52,878 nucleotides of DNA from Octopus sinensis (taxonomy: Eukaryota), in contig NW_021833943.1 in the NCBI RefSeq assembly GCF_006345805.1, positions 1 through 52,878 of the forward strand. Direction: 5' to 3'. A program made the translations under genes and the position numbers. This document shows, one piece after another, positions 1-13,409 of the stretch. A model generated the notes under the pieces. That model did no database searches. It saw nothing but the letters and a program-made list of their open reading frames with translations, and was not told the origin of the DNA. Each line of letters starts with the position of its first letter. Within the stretch, counting starts at the first letter, position 1.

Positions 1-565
1 ACCCTCACCGTTTCCGCTCCAGCTGTTGTTGCTGGTGGTGATGATGCTGCTGTTTATTGCCAGTAACTCTTCTGTTGACGTTGCTGCTAGTGCTGCCGCT
101 GCTGCTGCTGATGCTGTTCTTACTGTTGTTGCTGCTGCTGCTGCTGCTGTGTCTTTCGTAACACTGACCACCAGCACTGCAAGCATTAACGTTAAAAGCT
201 GCTATTGTTACCGCCGCCGCAGCGAGTGTCGCTGTTTACTTTATTTATTTTTACCACTTTGTTTGTTATTGTAATTATAATTATTAATAATTTCTCTTAC
301 TTTGTCTGGTCTCTATGAGTGTCTGGTGTAGTGTACTGCAGTGTGGGGAGAGTGGTAGTTTTTGTTACTCTTGTTATGGTAGTAGTGGCCAGCAGATTTA
401 CCACAAACGGTCACTGCAACAGATAGAGGAGTATGGGTAAATATTGAAACACACAACTATACATACAGTTGCCTACATGCATGGAAAACATTAATACAAA
501 CGTATGCACTCACATATACATATAAACATATATTTATACACATATATTCAAAACATACACGCACT

Positions 566-566
566 C

Positions 567-634
<68 letters not shown>

Positions 635-649
635 CCAATCTATCTACCA

Positions 650-717
<68 letters not shown>

Positions 718-718
718 G
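566..718. repeat. (ATCT)n microsatellite
   Basis: Long near-perfect tetranucleotide run; source of the SIYL-repeat pseudo-ORFs. Confidence 0.97.
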
Positions 719-788
719 TATTCACTTCTTCATTTATTTGCTGAAAGCTGTAATTACTAGACTTCAGTTCAGCGTTACATGTTTGGGG

Positions 789-870
789 CACTTCAAGACA
801 CTTCTGGACACTTCAGGACACTTCTGACCACTTCAGGACATTTCTGGTCTGTTTGGGACAGTTCAGGACA
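789..870. repeat. 10-bp minisatellite, unit CACTTCWGGA, about 8 copies
   Basis: cacttcaaga/cacttctgga/cacttcagga/cacttctgac/cacttcagga/catttctggt/ctgtttggga/cagttcagga. Confidence 0.85.
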
Positions 871-1016
871 CAACAGCAGCATACGCGATAGTGAGGTAAG
901 CTTTAATGCTACTACTAGTATTGTTTTTCGTCCTTTTTTCCGTCAGTCATTCATTGTATCTTTCTCATTCTTTTTCAGTCATTTTACTAAAAAAAAAAAA
1001 AATTTAATTTTGCAAT

Positions 1017-1056
<40 letters not shown>

Positions 1057-1194
1057 TTTCTTTCTTTCTTTCTTCGCTACTCTTTTTTGCTGTTCTTAAA
1101 GTCAATTTTTAAAAAATATTTCATCTAAATTTCCCATTTATTTATTGTACACACGCGCACATGCACACGCACATACACACACACATACACACTC

Positions 1195-1257
<63 letters not shown>

Positions 1258-1275
1258 CTCTGTCAGTCTGTCTGG

Positions 1276-1334
<59 letters not shown>

Positions 1335-1351
1335 CCTACCTACCTACCTAC

Positions 1352-1421
<70 letters not shown>
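1195..1421. repeat. (ATCT)n/(ACCT)n compound microsatellite
   Basis: Direct reading. Confidence 0.95.
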
Positions 1422-1422
<1 letters not shown>

Positions 1423-1603
1423 CTGGAATCAAAAATGAAAAAGAATTTCTAGTGTTGCATTGTTGGTGTTACTGCTACTCTAGTAGTAGTGTAGTAGTAG
1501 TAGTAGTAGTATTTGTTGTTGTTGTTGTTGTTATTGCTTATGATAATGATTTTTGTAGTGAAGAAGTTGCTGATGAAGGCGAAATAAGTCGACGATGTCG
1601 ACA

Positions 1604-1634
<31 letters not shown>

Positions 1635-2047
1635 GGTTGTCATTGTGGGGAAAATTTTTCTGTTATCAAACAAAAATGTCTTGTTATTTAAGTGACATCC
1701 CTTAAGATTGTGAGATCAAATCCTACCGAAGTTAACTTAGTATTTCACATTTCTGGCTGGGTCGAAATAACTTCCAATGAAGTACAGGGTTTGATCTGAG
1801 CTTCTTTCACACTCTGTTAGAAATAATTTTGTCATCACTACCTCTGCAATATACATATACATGTGTATGCCTATGCACACACAAACACACTCACCGACAC
1901 ACACAACACACACACACACACACACACACGTTTGTACATATGTGTATATATTTGTGCATATACATGTATGTAAATATAGTGTGTATATATGTGTCCATAT
2001 ATAAGTACATATATATTTATGAATGCCAGTACATATTATATATTCAC

Positions 2048-2087
<40 letters not shown>

Positions 2088-2172
2088 CTTAATACTCCGC
2101 TAATTTTTTTTGATATCTAATCTAATGTTTTTATATTCATGTCAAGCTTGTAGCGAAAAAATTCGCACTAAC

Positions 2173-2288
<116 letters not shown>

Positions 2289-3816
2289 TTCAACTTATTT
2301 TGTATTTCTTGGCGAGTGTCTTTCCGACTCTTAGGGCAAAAAAGAACTTTATCATCATCATCATCATCATCATTGTTGCTGCTGTTGTTGTTGTTATTAT
2401 TATTTATAGTATTACTGTAATCGTTCTTATTAAGGTTCGAGGTCGGTGAATAGTAGAATCGGTAGGTTTTACAGCAGTTAATTCTGATTGTTCAAAACAA
2501 TCTGCCTGGGATTATCAAAATAAGTCACTTGTCAAGTCCCTTGGTCGATATAATTAACAGCTTTCTCCTTGCTAGCCAGCATTTGTGGTCGTGTGCATAT
2601 GCTAGAAATCTGCATTATTATCAAGTAGGCGACCCTAGTGTTGTTGATGAGTTTTATTATTTATTTATTTATTTGTTTATATTGATTAGTCAGAGAAAGA
2701 AAGAGTTTTTGCAGGAGCCTGAGATTATTAGTTCTTCTGACCGGAGAACTGACCCGAATATTTGATACTAAGTAGACTCTATTAAATGCATCCAAAGGGA
2801 CAGGTGGCAATCGTGTTGTTGGCTGATGTCAGTAGCTTTAACGATTAACACTTGTTACACAGGCACGGAACTTTAGGGCCGTAGAGAAGTTTGTAGCATT
2901 GACGTATTTCTTAATTGTAATTAGTGACATATGTTTATTTGATTGCAACTAAGAATCGAAAATGCGTTGTTGTGTATTATGCTCGCTGAGAATATAAACT
3001 TGTACAACAACAAACACTAATAAATGCGAGAATATCAATGGACGTAGTTGCTAGATCTTCTAGAAGTAGCAGGCAAATAACGTTTAAATCACGCTCTGCT
3101 TTCTTAACAAATACAAATACTTAAAAAAACTGAGATGGTCACAGCTGAGACACTTTTGATTATATCTCGATCTGGTTGACCTGAGGCTAAACAACCAGAA
3201 CATTAATGATTGGCAAATGCTCACAAATTCACTGGTTGGGTTGTAACCGATTAAAGCAAACCAGTATATGACTGGTATTTCTCTGAGCGACATAGGAGGG
3301 ATAAAAAACAAAAAACTAAGCTGATTCACTAGAATTATGTAAATGTCGATAAATTTATTCTGCATTATAGAAATAATAAGTAGTAGCTATGGCTAATTGT
3401 TCTGTAGTTTAGTTAATACATTCTACTGTATTGTTAATGTTATTGGTCTTCATATTATAATTTTATTATCTATATTACCATCGTTATGTTTTATTGTTGC
3501 TTTTATTATTATGCCTTGTCCAAAAGCATGAACATCAAAACATCTCGTTTGCACAAGTTTTTGAAATGCAGGGTACTAAGCTAATGAAGGGGCCTCTTCG
3601 TAGCCGTTCGACATACTGGAAAGAGCAAACATACCTCTATCAAATCGCACTCAGCCATCTTAAAATATCAAATGATATTAGATAATGTCTTGCATACAGC
3701 TAATTGAGAGGATGATTTGCGGCTGGAATGTCTTTGTTGACAAGCCTGCTTGATCAAGTCGACATGCCAAACAGCAACCACAACAATTTGGAGAAATTCC
3801 TTATATAGACAAAATT

Positions 3817-4200
3817 GTGGAGGCGCAATGGCCCAGTGGTTAGGGCAGCGGACTCGCGGTCGGAGGATCGCGGTTTCGATTCCCAGACCGGGCATTGTGA
3901 GTGTTTATTGAGCGAAAACGCCTAAAGCTTCACGAGGCTCCGTCAGGGGATGGTGGTGAACCCTGCTGTACTATTTCACCACAACTTTCTCTCGCTCTTT
4001 CTTCCTGTTTCTCTTGTACCTGTATTTCAAAGGGCCAGCTTTGTCACATTCTGTGTGTCACGCTGAATCTCCTCGAGAACTACGTTAAGGGTACACGTGT
4101 CTGTGGAGTGCTCAGCCACTTGCACGTTAATATCACGAGCAGGCTGTTCCGTTGATCGTATCAGCTGGGACCCTCATCGTCGCAAACGACGGAGTGCTCC
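3817..4200 (+). mobile_element. tRNA-derived SINE, family A, full length
   Basis: Head GGAGGCGCAATGGCCCAGTGG (A box) and GGTTTCGATTCC (B box); second copy at 7472-7858; 13-bp TSD tatagacaaaatt at 3804-3816 and 4201-4213. Confidence 0.93.
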
Positions 4201-5093
4201 TATAGACAAAATTATGATTATAGACCTATTTCAGTGTGTCGGGTGGTGGAAACGGTATAGTGGCAGACCAATTGTCTTTGGGTCTTACATCTCATTATAC
4301 TAAAATTGTAAATATTGCTGATAGTTTTCTGTGTGACTTTCATGTCTCCGAGATAAATAAGTGACGATAGAATATCGTGAGTCTGCTTAACAAATTAACC
4401 CCTTCGTTACAAACCGGGTGCTTCAGCTAAAATTACAATTGCTTCTTATCTCCCCTTAGATATGCATATATATCGGAACTTATAATTTTTTGCCGGTGCA
4501 ACAAATCCATGTTTTTATATATGCATATGTATAATATCACAATATTGTTATTGGCACAAGGATTTGGAAATACCTCATAATTTATTTACGGCATTATCAT
4601 CTTCTCCGTTTTTTTTTTATTGCCGAAGACATAATATTAGCAACACACTGAACAAGCTTAATTCACAATTGATAACATGTAACTGGTTGTTTCTCCAATG
4701 CTAATTCTGACCACTGACATATCAAAGCTAGTTGCCTGAGTGTCTTTATTTTAGATTTTTAGATTTCTTAGTTTTATTCATGCCCCTGTTCTGTCTGCAA
4801 TATGGTTTTGATAAAAATTAGCCCAGTAATATTTAGGGACAATTCCGTCACTCACTAACTTTCCTCCTACGCAAAATTGTTTCTGTAATTAATGGAAAAT
4901 AATTTTTTATTATCGTAAACATAATTAATTTTAGTCTTCACTTATATTTCCCGACGAGTTATTGCACAGTCCTTAGTAATTTAAGTATGATTGAATTGTA
5001 AGGTTTCTGTTCGTTTTTATTAATCCTTGTATGATTGATATTTACACATATAGGGCAGAATTTGGTGGAATTACCAAAGTAGCGGACAATATA

Positions 5094-5607
5094 CCGTAAA
5101 TCCTCGAGTATAGTCCGCCCTTGAGTATAATTCGCAGGGGATTTTTAGGGGGTTGTACTTCCGAAAAATCTAAACCTTGTGTATAATACGCATCTCTTCT
5201 CTAACTTGAGTCGTGCGTAATTAAGCCAGCAGCACCTAGTCAAACAAACACTTCCGCGCATGCGTAATACAATAATGGTGATGTTTTTAATGGGAATGTA
5301 AACATGTTTGCAAATTGTTTCTGTTACATGTTATTCTGTGTTCTGAATACTTTTATTTTAATAAATGTTGCTTACTGCAAGTTATAGATGATTCTTTTAT
5401 GACTTCATTGCTTTCAGGCTTAGCTTAAAGTATTTTTGCGCCTGACATCACAAAATGTGTCTGAATAAACACTGCCGGACAGCAAATAGAGACTCGGACA
5501 TTGCTTAGAAAATATTTTTCATTTTTAACATTGTATATAGTACGCATTAGGGATTTTGACCTTTAAATTTTGGGAAAAAAGTGCGGATTATACTTGAGGA
5601 TTTACGG
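5094..5607. mobile_element. Non-autonomous Tc1/mariner-superfamily MITE (Tc2/pogo-type CCGTA ends)
   Basis: TIRs CCGTAAATCCTCGAGTATA ... TATACTTGAGGATTTACGG, flanked by TA on both sides (5092-93, 5608-09); related copy at 21276-21765. Confidence 0.9.
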
Positions 5608-7046
5608 TACCAACTTCGCTATCCATCATGCCGAGTCGACAAAATACCAGTGAAGGACTGAGATCCTTCATTGGTATTTTACACCGAGGTCCATTTAATC
5701 GATTATACCCACCTTCCAAATTTGTGAAATTGCGTTCATAAATGAAATCAATATTTCTGTGTATGAATGTATGCATGAAAAAGAGTTAGTATGTGCATTG
5801 ACATCTTTTTGTCTGTTTAACAGATTTCCTTACAATGTTTATTGAGTTTTTTTCCCTGGATTTCTCAATGGTGGAATAATTTGAAGAAAGCTTATATTAT
5901 GTGTATGTTTTTACGGGTACAATCTTGTAATCTAACATTAATTTGTTTTAAAATCATTACTTCAGTTTCGATGTTGTATTGGGAAAACTTTTACATGTAT
6001 TTTACTGATAAAGCTGCTGAGCATGCTCTATAGACATGTGTAGTGTTTACATTATTTATCGTCAATAATATTGCGTGAATATTTGGCTCTGTCCTCTCTG
6101 TTTCTGAACTTCTAGTAAAATATTCATAAATACTTCTAAAATATCTTGTGTATTTAGTTATATATCTCTTTATGTTCGGCGTTCAAAGCCTCTTATATCC
6201 ATCTTTGCCTTTCTTCGCTTCAAGATTTATAACCTGATTCCCGTAGCATACTAATGAACAGTTAATGACTAGTTTTTTTTGCTATAAATATACAACCTCA
6301 TCCAAAGTTAAAAATGATGATTATATTTAACGATAAAGACACTTCATTACATAGAAAAGAGTTGCTGGAGGACAAGAAGGACTATAGCTTAAGTTACTTT
6401 TGGTGTCGACAATTAAGCAAACTCTTGCGGAGGACTTTCAAGTCAAGAATTATGGATTATTTTCTGAAATCCTTGGCCTGGTTGTGATACTAAAACACAG
6501 CACTTGTTTGTGACAAGCTGAACAGGCATGGAAGTTTGTACTCTAGGCGATCATTCTACCTGCAAGAAAAATAAGTTAACTCTCTTTTAAAACATAGTAC
6601 ATCCTGTTAAATAAAGAAGCAAACATTTCATAATGGACGGACAAAAGATGAGATGGTCATGGTTGGGATTCGTTTCATCACATGTCTGCTCAGTCCAGTC
6701 TGATATGGAGTTAAACAATAACAATGATAACAAAAAAATCCTTTAGGGGATTTGGAAAGTTGGTAACATTAACAACCACCTTAAACTATTGTTCTGATAT
6801 TCAATGGACCCCACCATATTGTCTTTTCGGGTTCTCATTGGATGTTGGATTTATCATGCTTGAACTTTTCAGAACATTGCTTAATGTTTCAATCTATAAT
6901 GTCTAGATTCCAGTACAATTCTAGAAAACCATATGCTATGTATGACAGTGCAAATGTGTTGAGTAAATTAAAAATGGTTTTATGGCTTAAAATGAGATTT
7001 TAGAATTTATTTAATCTATGAGAATATTCTCATTCATCATACGCAC

Positions 7047-7092
<46 letters not shown>

Positions 7093-7461
7093 ACACACAC
7101 ACACACACACGCGCGCATACACGCACACACACACACACACATGCACTACAAACACACACTTTTACACTCTTTAAAATACTCAAACATTTATAAAATACAG
7201 AAATGTTCAAATGTATTATTTCACTTCCGTCGAGTTTTTGACTTGCAAATCAGCCTACTTCTATTAAGTAAATGTCATTTTCTCCAGTCTAGAGATCATT
7301 TTAAAGTTTTCCTAAACTGTTTTAGAGTAGTAAATGGACTATCAAGTTTGATATCATTTTCAGGTTTCTATTTTCGCTCCTTGATAAAGAAGGGGTAGCA
7401 AGTAAGTCTGGTTTACACCTTTTCTGTACCATTGATTGTTTTAGTTATCCAACTCGAGGTA

Positions 7462-8615
7462 TGGGATGATTGGAGGCGCAATGGCCCAGTGGTTAGGGCA
7501 GCGGACTCGCGGTCGTAGGATCGCGGTTTCGATTCCCAGATCGGGCGTTGTGAGTGTTTATTGAGCGAAAACACCTAAAAGCTCCACGAGGCTCCGGCAG
7601 GGGATGGTGGTGATCCCTGCTGTACTCTTTCACCACAACTTTCTCTCACTCTTACTTCCTTTTTCTGTTGTACCTGTATTTCAAAGGGCCGGCCTTGTCA
7701 CTCTCTGTGTCACGCTGAATATCCCAGAGAACTACGTTAAGGGTACACGTGTCTGTGGAGTGCTCAGCCACTTACACGTTAATTTCACGAGCAGGCTGTT
7801 CCGTTGATTCGGATCAACCGGAACCCTCGTCGTCGTAACCGACGGAGTGCTTCCATCCATGGGATGATTGGACGTTAATAAAGCAACGTAATTCTTGTCG
7901 AGTAGAATGTGTTTACGCCAAGATATATGGAGCGATTGACCAGCTTCATATTACGAAAATCGAATTGGATGATACAATAATACGCAACAGAAATCTACAA
8001 TGCACTTGGATTATTTACAAGGATTTTTTTTTGCTTCAAACCTGCACAACTGTCTCATCAAAATATGGAAAGTTGGCAAATGTAATGACATGAGAGTAGG
8101 ATGAAGTACATATGTGTTATGACCTTGAAATATCCCAGTTGATATTTGTTGTGTGGACGCCCCCAGACGATGAAGTAGGCAAGCCCAATACGTAGATAGA
8201 GAGGGAGAAGTCTAGACGTCAGAATAACGGAGCAGTAGAACAGAGCGAAGCCGAGTAGAGTATTAGAGGCATCCGAAGTGCGACGTAAAAGTATTTCAGT
8301 GAGAGGGATCACAATTGTGGGGCTCTTGGAAGCTTCAAGGACTATTCACTTGTTTTTCGTGTTCCGAGTTCACTCTCATGTCATTACATTTTCCAACTTT
8401 CCATATTTTGATGAGACAGTTGTGCAGGTTTGAAGCAAAAGAAAAAGAAGATCCTTGTAAATAATCCAAGTGCATTGTAGATTTCTGTTGCGTATTATTG
8501 TATCATCCAATTCGATTTTCGTAATATGAAGCTGGTCAATCGCTCCATGTATCTTGGCGTATACACATTCTACTCGAGAAGAATTACGTTGCTTTATTAA
8601 CGTCCAATCATCCCA
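7462..8615. mobile_element. Fold-back (long-TIR) MITE, about 240-bp arms, interrupted at its left tip by a SINE
   Basis: 7859-8097 is the near-exact reverse complement of 8372-8616; termini TA|TGGGATGATTGG ... CCAATCATCCCA|TA; non-coding spacer of about 270 bp. Confidence 0.9.
7472..7858 (+). mobile_element. tRNA-derived SINE, family A, nested in the fold-back terminus
   Basis: Same head and body as 3817-4200; TSD atgggatgatt(gga) at 7461 and 7859. Confidence 0.93.
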
Positions 8616-8983
8616 TAGTAAATTCAGGGAACAGTTTAGATATTACCAGCAACAAGTGACAGGTTGAAAATCGATGGTTAATCTGCCGGTCTCTTTTGGA
8701 GAGCTTCCCAATAAGTCGTCGAGGAAGATGTTTAGAGTTATTGAAAAACATGTTGAAAATTTATAGTGTCCGACTATACAGTATGTTCAGTGACAGTCTC
8801 CAATAATTTTAGATGTTAGCAATTTATTCGACCGAACATTTAGGTATACACCCACACAGATCTCCAAGAACTAAATTATGATTTTGTAATATTTTATAAT
8901 CGTATAAAACAATATTTTGAAAACTAGATTAAAAATTAGGGGCAGGAATTTTGTTACAGTTAAGTTTAATCGAGAATGTGTTG

Positions 8984-9298
8984 CGTGAATTGTGGTTACT
9001 ATTTGAGAGCGTCGAGTTTAGAATAGTAAGGTTGCGAGTTCGATTCACAGCCCTGCCTATGATGTGTGTTCTTGTGTAAGACACTTAATTTCAGGTTGCT
9101 TTAGGTTACGTCACTGGTGCCAAGCTGTATCGGCCTCTGCCTTTCCTTTGGACAACATCAGTGGCGTGGAGAGGGGAGGCTGGCATGCTGGTCTTCCACG
9201 AACAATCTTTCAAAGATTTGTATCTCGTATCTCGAAAGGGAACTTTTTAGGTGTAATCCCATGATTATTCGTGATCGGAAGGGGGTCTTTACCCTCTT
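8984..9298 (+). mobile_element. Degenerate tRNA-derived SINE with CORE-like segment
   Basis: B-box-like GAGTTCGATTC followed by tgtgttcttgtgtaagacacttaa, a CORE-like motif. Confidence 0.6.
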
Positions 9299-9346
9299 TA
9301 CCACCCTCACCACCACCACCACCACCACCATCATCATCATTATTAA

Positions 9347-9425
9347 GGCGGCGAGTTGGCAGAATCGTTAGCGCGCTGGACGAAATGCCTAGCGTATTTC
9401 TCCCGTCAGCTTTTCTGTGGCTTTC
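9347..9425 (+). mobile_element. SINE family B head fragment
   Basis: ggcggcgagttggcagaatcgttagcgcg matches the family B head. Confidence 0.75.
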
Positions 9426-9589
9426 GTGGAAGTATTTCTTTCGATAAGTATACACTCACTGTCTTTCTAATCCTTGATTATTATATCAGGATTGTGGGCT
9501 TTTTCTACATTGTCAGTATGGATGGGCATATCTTACACTGTCCTCCATTCATATCTGGTCTTCTTGCTTCGTTATTATGATCAGTGTCA

Positions 9590-9875
9590 GGCGGTCAATC
9601 TGTTGCCAGCGTCCTCTGAATTTGTGAGTGAATGGCCCTAATATAAATATGCGCTTGTAAATTGGAAAGCATGAGAGGGCTCGGGCCTTTAGCGGTCAAA
9701 GTAATCCTGAATCTATGGGGTATCTTGATTGGCCTTAGCTGAAGTTTCCCCTCTATCAGGAGGACTGCTTCATTCAGCTTACCACATATTTGTAGGCTAT
9801 TTCTTCTCCATTTATTTCGTGCCATCTTTTAAATTCCCACACAAATTGTTGCCTGTTCTTGTGGTGTGCCCTCAC
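9590..9875 (-). mobile_element. Decayed LINE 3' fragment, RTE-like
   Basis: Minus frames give GHTTRTGNN and LLIEGKLQLRPIK, reminiscent of the RTE C-terminal GH..R / IEGK..RGRP motifs; many stops. Confidence 0.4.
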
Positions 9876-9902
9876 CTATACCCCTGTGGCTAGTAAAAGA
9901 AT

Positions 9903-10043
9903 TTCTTCTTCTTCTTCTTCTTCTTCTTCTTCTTCTTCTTCTTCTTCTTCTTCTTCTTCTTCTTCTTCTTCTTCTTTCTTCTTCTTCTTCTTCTTCTTCT
10001 TCTTCTTCTTTTCTTCTTCTTCTTCTTCTTCTTCTTCTTCTTC
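9903..10043. repeat. (TTC)n microsatellite
   Basis: About 46 triplets with two small interruptions. Confidence 0.97.
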
Positions 10044-10134
10044 TCATCATTATCGTTATTCTGAGAGACTGATAGTTCTTAATTTCAGGTTGTTCTTTAC
10101 TTGAAAGCAGGCAATAACAAATCATCAAAGTAGT

Positions 10135-10600
10135 TTCAAGTGGTGCCTTCCCCTGTGACTCAAAGAGACAATACTCTCCTTAGAATGCGAACTGTACCCA
10201 GCAATGCTGTCTTCCGGATCCCTTCGAGCCTGACAGCAGCTCCTATATTTTAAATATATTTTTCAAAGCTCTTTGAAACTGCTCCCAATGCTCCAATAAT
10301 CACCGGTATCACCATTTCTTTCCTCATGCCCCATAATCCGTTATTACCATATTGGTCACAATTTCGGGGTTAATTCATAAGAATTTCCCCTCTTCAGCGA
10401 TAAATACGCAGTGGCTGGTATTTCTCACTCTTTTCTGTTTCCTTACATTTCACCCTCGCATCGCTTGGTATTGCAACATCTATCATCTTTGCTTCGTTTT
10501 CATCTTTATGGATGATTGCAATGTCTGGCCGTCATGATTTGGTCGTACCGTATGTTAAAATCCCAGAATATTTTGTAATGTTCGTTTTCCATTATTTTTA
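10135..10600 (-). mobile_element. RLE-clade LINE (R4/Dong-like) 3' fragment, endonuclease domain
   Basis: Minus translation, with frameshifts: YKIFWDFNI...RPDIAIIHKDENEAKMIDVAIPSD...EKSEKYQPL...VIPVIIGALG...KTALLGTVRILRRVLS; PD-(D/E)xK-type RLE signature. Confidence 0.85.
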
Positions 10601-10604
10601 GCAT

Positions 10605-11380
10605 GGTATGTATGTTCTAGGCGGCGAGCTGGCAGAAACGTTAGCACGCCGGGCGAAATGCTTTGCGGTATTTCGTCTGCCGTTACGTTCTGAGTTCAAA
10701 TCCCGCCAAGGTCGACTTTGCCTTTCATCCTTTCGGGGTCGATAAATTAAGTACCAGTTACGCACTGGGGTCGATGTAATCGACTTAATACCTATGTCTG
10801 TCCTTGTTTGTCCCCTCTGTGTTTAGCCCCTTGTGGGTAATAAAGAAATAGGTATGTATGTTCTAGGATTTTGGTGATGTACTTACTTGCATGTTTTTCT
10901 TTTGCCATGCCTAAAAGCATCAATCATTTTAGGGATTGTTTCTATCTTTAGGCTCGTTATTGAGGCTATAATTATTTCCAGATATTTGTATTGCGATAGT
11001 TTCTCCATTTCTTTTAGAGATAAACAGTCATTTGTTGAGACTAATATGTTGATTAACAGGCATTTTTACATAGTGGATCTTGACAACAATATCTGGCTGG
11101 TTTACCTTTATCTCCTTATCTGTGTGTATTGGCATATCCCAGAGTATGGTTGCTTTGTAATTTTCCGAAACCTCTTACGGGATGTGTCTATACTATCTGT
11201 GTTCTGTTGGTATTCTGTAAAGCTGGCACAACTTTCAGTGTATGCAAATTCCAACTTTCTTGACCAAGACAAGGCAACCAAAGACAATATGATATATTGG
11301 TTTTCTCCATCTGCAGTTACTTATGGTATTATGCTTCATTATGTGTTTTTAGTGGGCATTTTTGAAGTACCTGGGTTACT
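10605..11380 (-). mobile_element. Second RLE-clade LINE fragment, interrupted by a SINE
   Basis: Minus translation KATILWDMPIHTDKEIKVNQPDIVVK followed by decayed RLE motifs; continues on both sides of the SINE TSD. Confidence 0.8.
10621..10850 (+). mobile_element. SINE family B, one body unit, ending at GAAATA
   Basis: Head (G)GCGGCGAGCTGGCAGAAACG, B box GAGTTCAAATCC; 16-bp TSD ggtatgtatgttctag at 10605-10620 and 10851-10866. Confidence 0.93.
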
Positions 11381-12226
11381 TCAGTTGATATAGTTGTCCA
11401 AGGTTATTCAGTAGCAAAATACATTATGAGCAATCATTATGTTTGCACCTTGGCACACGGATGGTCATGTTCACGTTACTAGCCAACACCGTGGGTTTCT
11501 GGATCGACGGTTCGAATCCCGTAATAACTGGGAATTGGGATGTAGTATCCAGTCTCACACAAAAAAAGGTCTAACGAGCATTTCAGAAACGTTGGGCACA
11601 CAGTAAACACATATATTGCTTCTGTCGTTTCATGTCCTAGATTTCTTTTCGTTATATGAAAGCATTTGCTCATTTGTTTCTTGTGAAAAGGACACGTTCC
11701 ACTGTTCAAGAGGTTTGTCTACTGTCGACATCTGGAATGTTGTCAGACGCTCATAGCCGTTTATAAGTCTAGTAATGCTGCCAGAAGGACTAACACACTA
11801 GCTTTCTAAAGAGGATTGGTGCTGGGTAAGAGCGGCAACGTACTCGGAAATCTCTGGGTATCGACGAGAATTAATTAACTAGTCTATTCCGGAACTGTTT
11901 CAGACTGGGAACCAAGGGTACATTACTGGTTCAAGATGATCTTTACTGGAACGGAGGTGCAGTCATTTACATCTGTCGAGATGCGCACAAGGAAACGAAA
12001 CTTCTACACACATTGGTTCTGTTTCTGAGCATTGCCAATGTAGAGCTATGTCGACTAGCTGTTGTTGAGTGTCAGACAGATCTCACAATCGGCCGAGTCA
12101 ATTGTAAACATCTCCCCGCCGCCTTTTTGATTGCTATTGAGGAAACTTGAAGTAAGGACTGGGGACAGATATTTCCATCTTCAGTAGAACCCTTACTGAT
12201 TTTATCATACACACACACACACACAC

Positions 12227-12258
<32 letters not shown>

Positions 12259-12486
12259 ACATGGGTATGAGTAAGTATTTCATTTATGTCTTACGTATTT
12301 ATCGCTGAAGAGGGAAAATTCTTATGAATTAACCCCGAAATTGGGACCGATACGGTAATAACGGATTTTTTTAGAAATTTCTATCGGTTTGTTTCGAGAC
12401 GCATAAATTATAATGGTTATTGACAATTTTGTGTTTTTTTTCGGCATATTGGCATTAGAATTTTTCTTTTGTCCTTATTTTGTAAG

Positions 12487-12534
<48 letters not shown>

Positions 12535-12535
<1 letters not shown>

Positions 12536-12935
12536 TAGACTTAGATAAACTTAGATATGTTTCGACCAAAGATTGGTCCAGGCCATGTCTAACTTAATAG
12601 CACCACCTGATAGGATTATTCGAATCCTGTTTAGGTTAAGTTTTGTTCAAGTAGTGAGTTCTTGTTGGGTGAGTTGTATCCAATTATGGGTGGCTTATCT
12701 GGTATTCTCTGAAGGAATCTATCCAGACTCTGTTTAAAGTTGATGGGATCCTTTTCCTCTTTGATCTCCCTCGGGACAATGTTAAATAGGGCAGGGCCTG
12801 TTGAGGAAAAGAAATTATGTTGCAGTGTACATGTATGTTGTGATCTTGAATTGGGCAGGGGACGTATAGCCCGTGGTCCAAGTCTTGGATGAACCTTGAA
12901 GCTAATGTTTAGGTCGTTTGGGCAAAGTTGGCGGT
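12535..12935 (-). mobile_element. CR1/L2-group LINE 3' end
   Basis: HPRLG...FSSTGPALFNIVPREIK...FKQSLDRFLQRIPDKPPIIGY...NSLL is a typical C-terminus; followed by a 3' stem-loop (GACCAA-TCT-TTGGTC) and short CTAAGT-type tail repeats. Confidence 0.8.
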
Positions 12936-12978
12936 ATATTTTCCACATCGTACAAATGATGTACCGCTCACGGCGGTA

Positions 12979-13072
<94 letters not shown>

Positions 13073-13300
13073 ATATATATACGTACATAAAACACACATA
13101 TACACATATCTATTTATAAATGTATGTATGTGTGTATGTGCTTGTTTGTGTACTGGGTTTGTGTGTATTGTATTCTTAATGTTACAGTTGAGGCAGTTAT
13201 CATTATTCTTGGTGAAAATCGACAATATTGTTATAGGCTGTTATTTCATCATTTCATTCTCTGCTGCTTTTTGCTGTTCTTTACACGTGAACTTACATAG

Positions 13301-13311
13301 TTACTTACTTA

Positions 13312-13409
<98 letters not shown>

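Noticed and set aside
3819-3895. tRNA gene, also at other SINE heads
   Set aside because: A and B boxes run straight into SINE bodies with TSDs; no intact acceptor stem or T-run terminator.
6405-6500. TIKQTLAEDFQVKNYG...ILGLVV resembling a copia RT motif
   Set aside because: Single short motif; no YVDD, LTRs or other domains in frame nearby.
8098-8371. Hammerhead in the spacer of the large fold-back
   Set aside because: No GAAA preceded by a stem II and an acceptable core on either strand.
10887-11393. 168-aa plus-strand ORF
   Set aside because: Antisense shadow of the minus-strand RLE LINE fragment; the same applies to 19510-19983.
11880-12170. WNGGAVIYICRD resembling a LINE APE endonuclease motif
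   Set aside because: Too short and degenerate to call without a profile search.
12553-12590. GACC...GGTC-GAAAC as a hammerhead
   Set aside because: No CUGANGA-like core 5' of the stem; better explained as the LINE 3' stem-loop.
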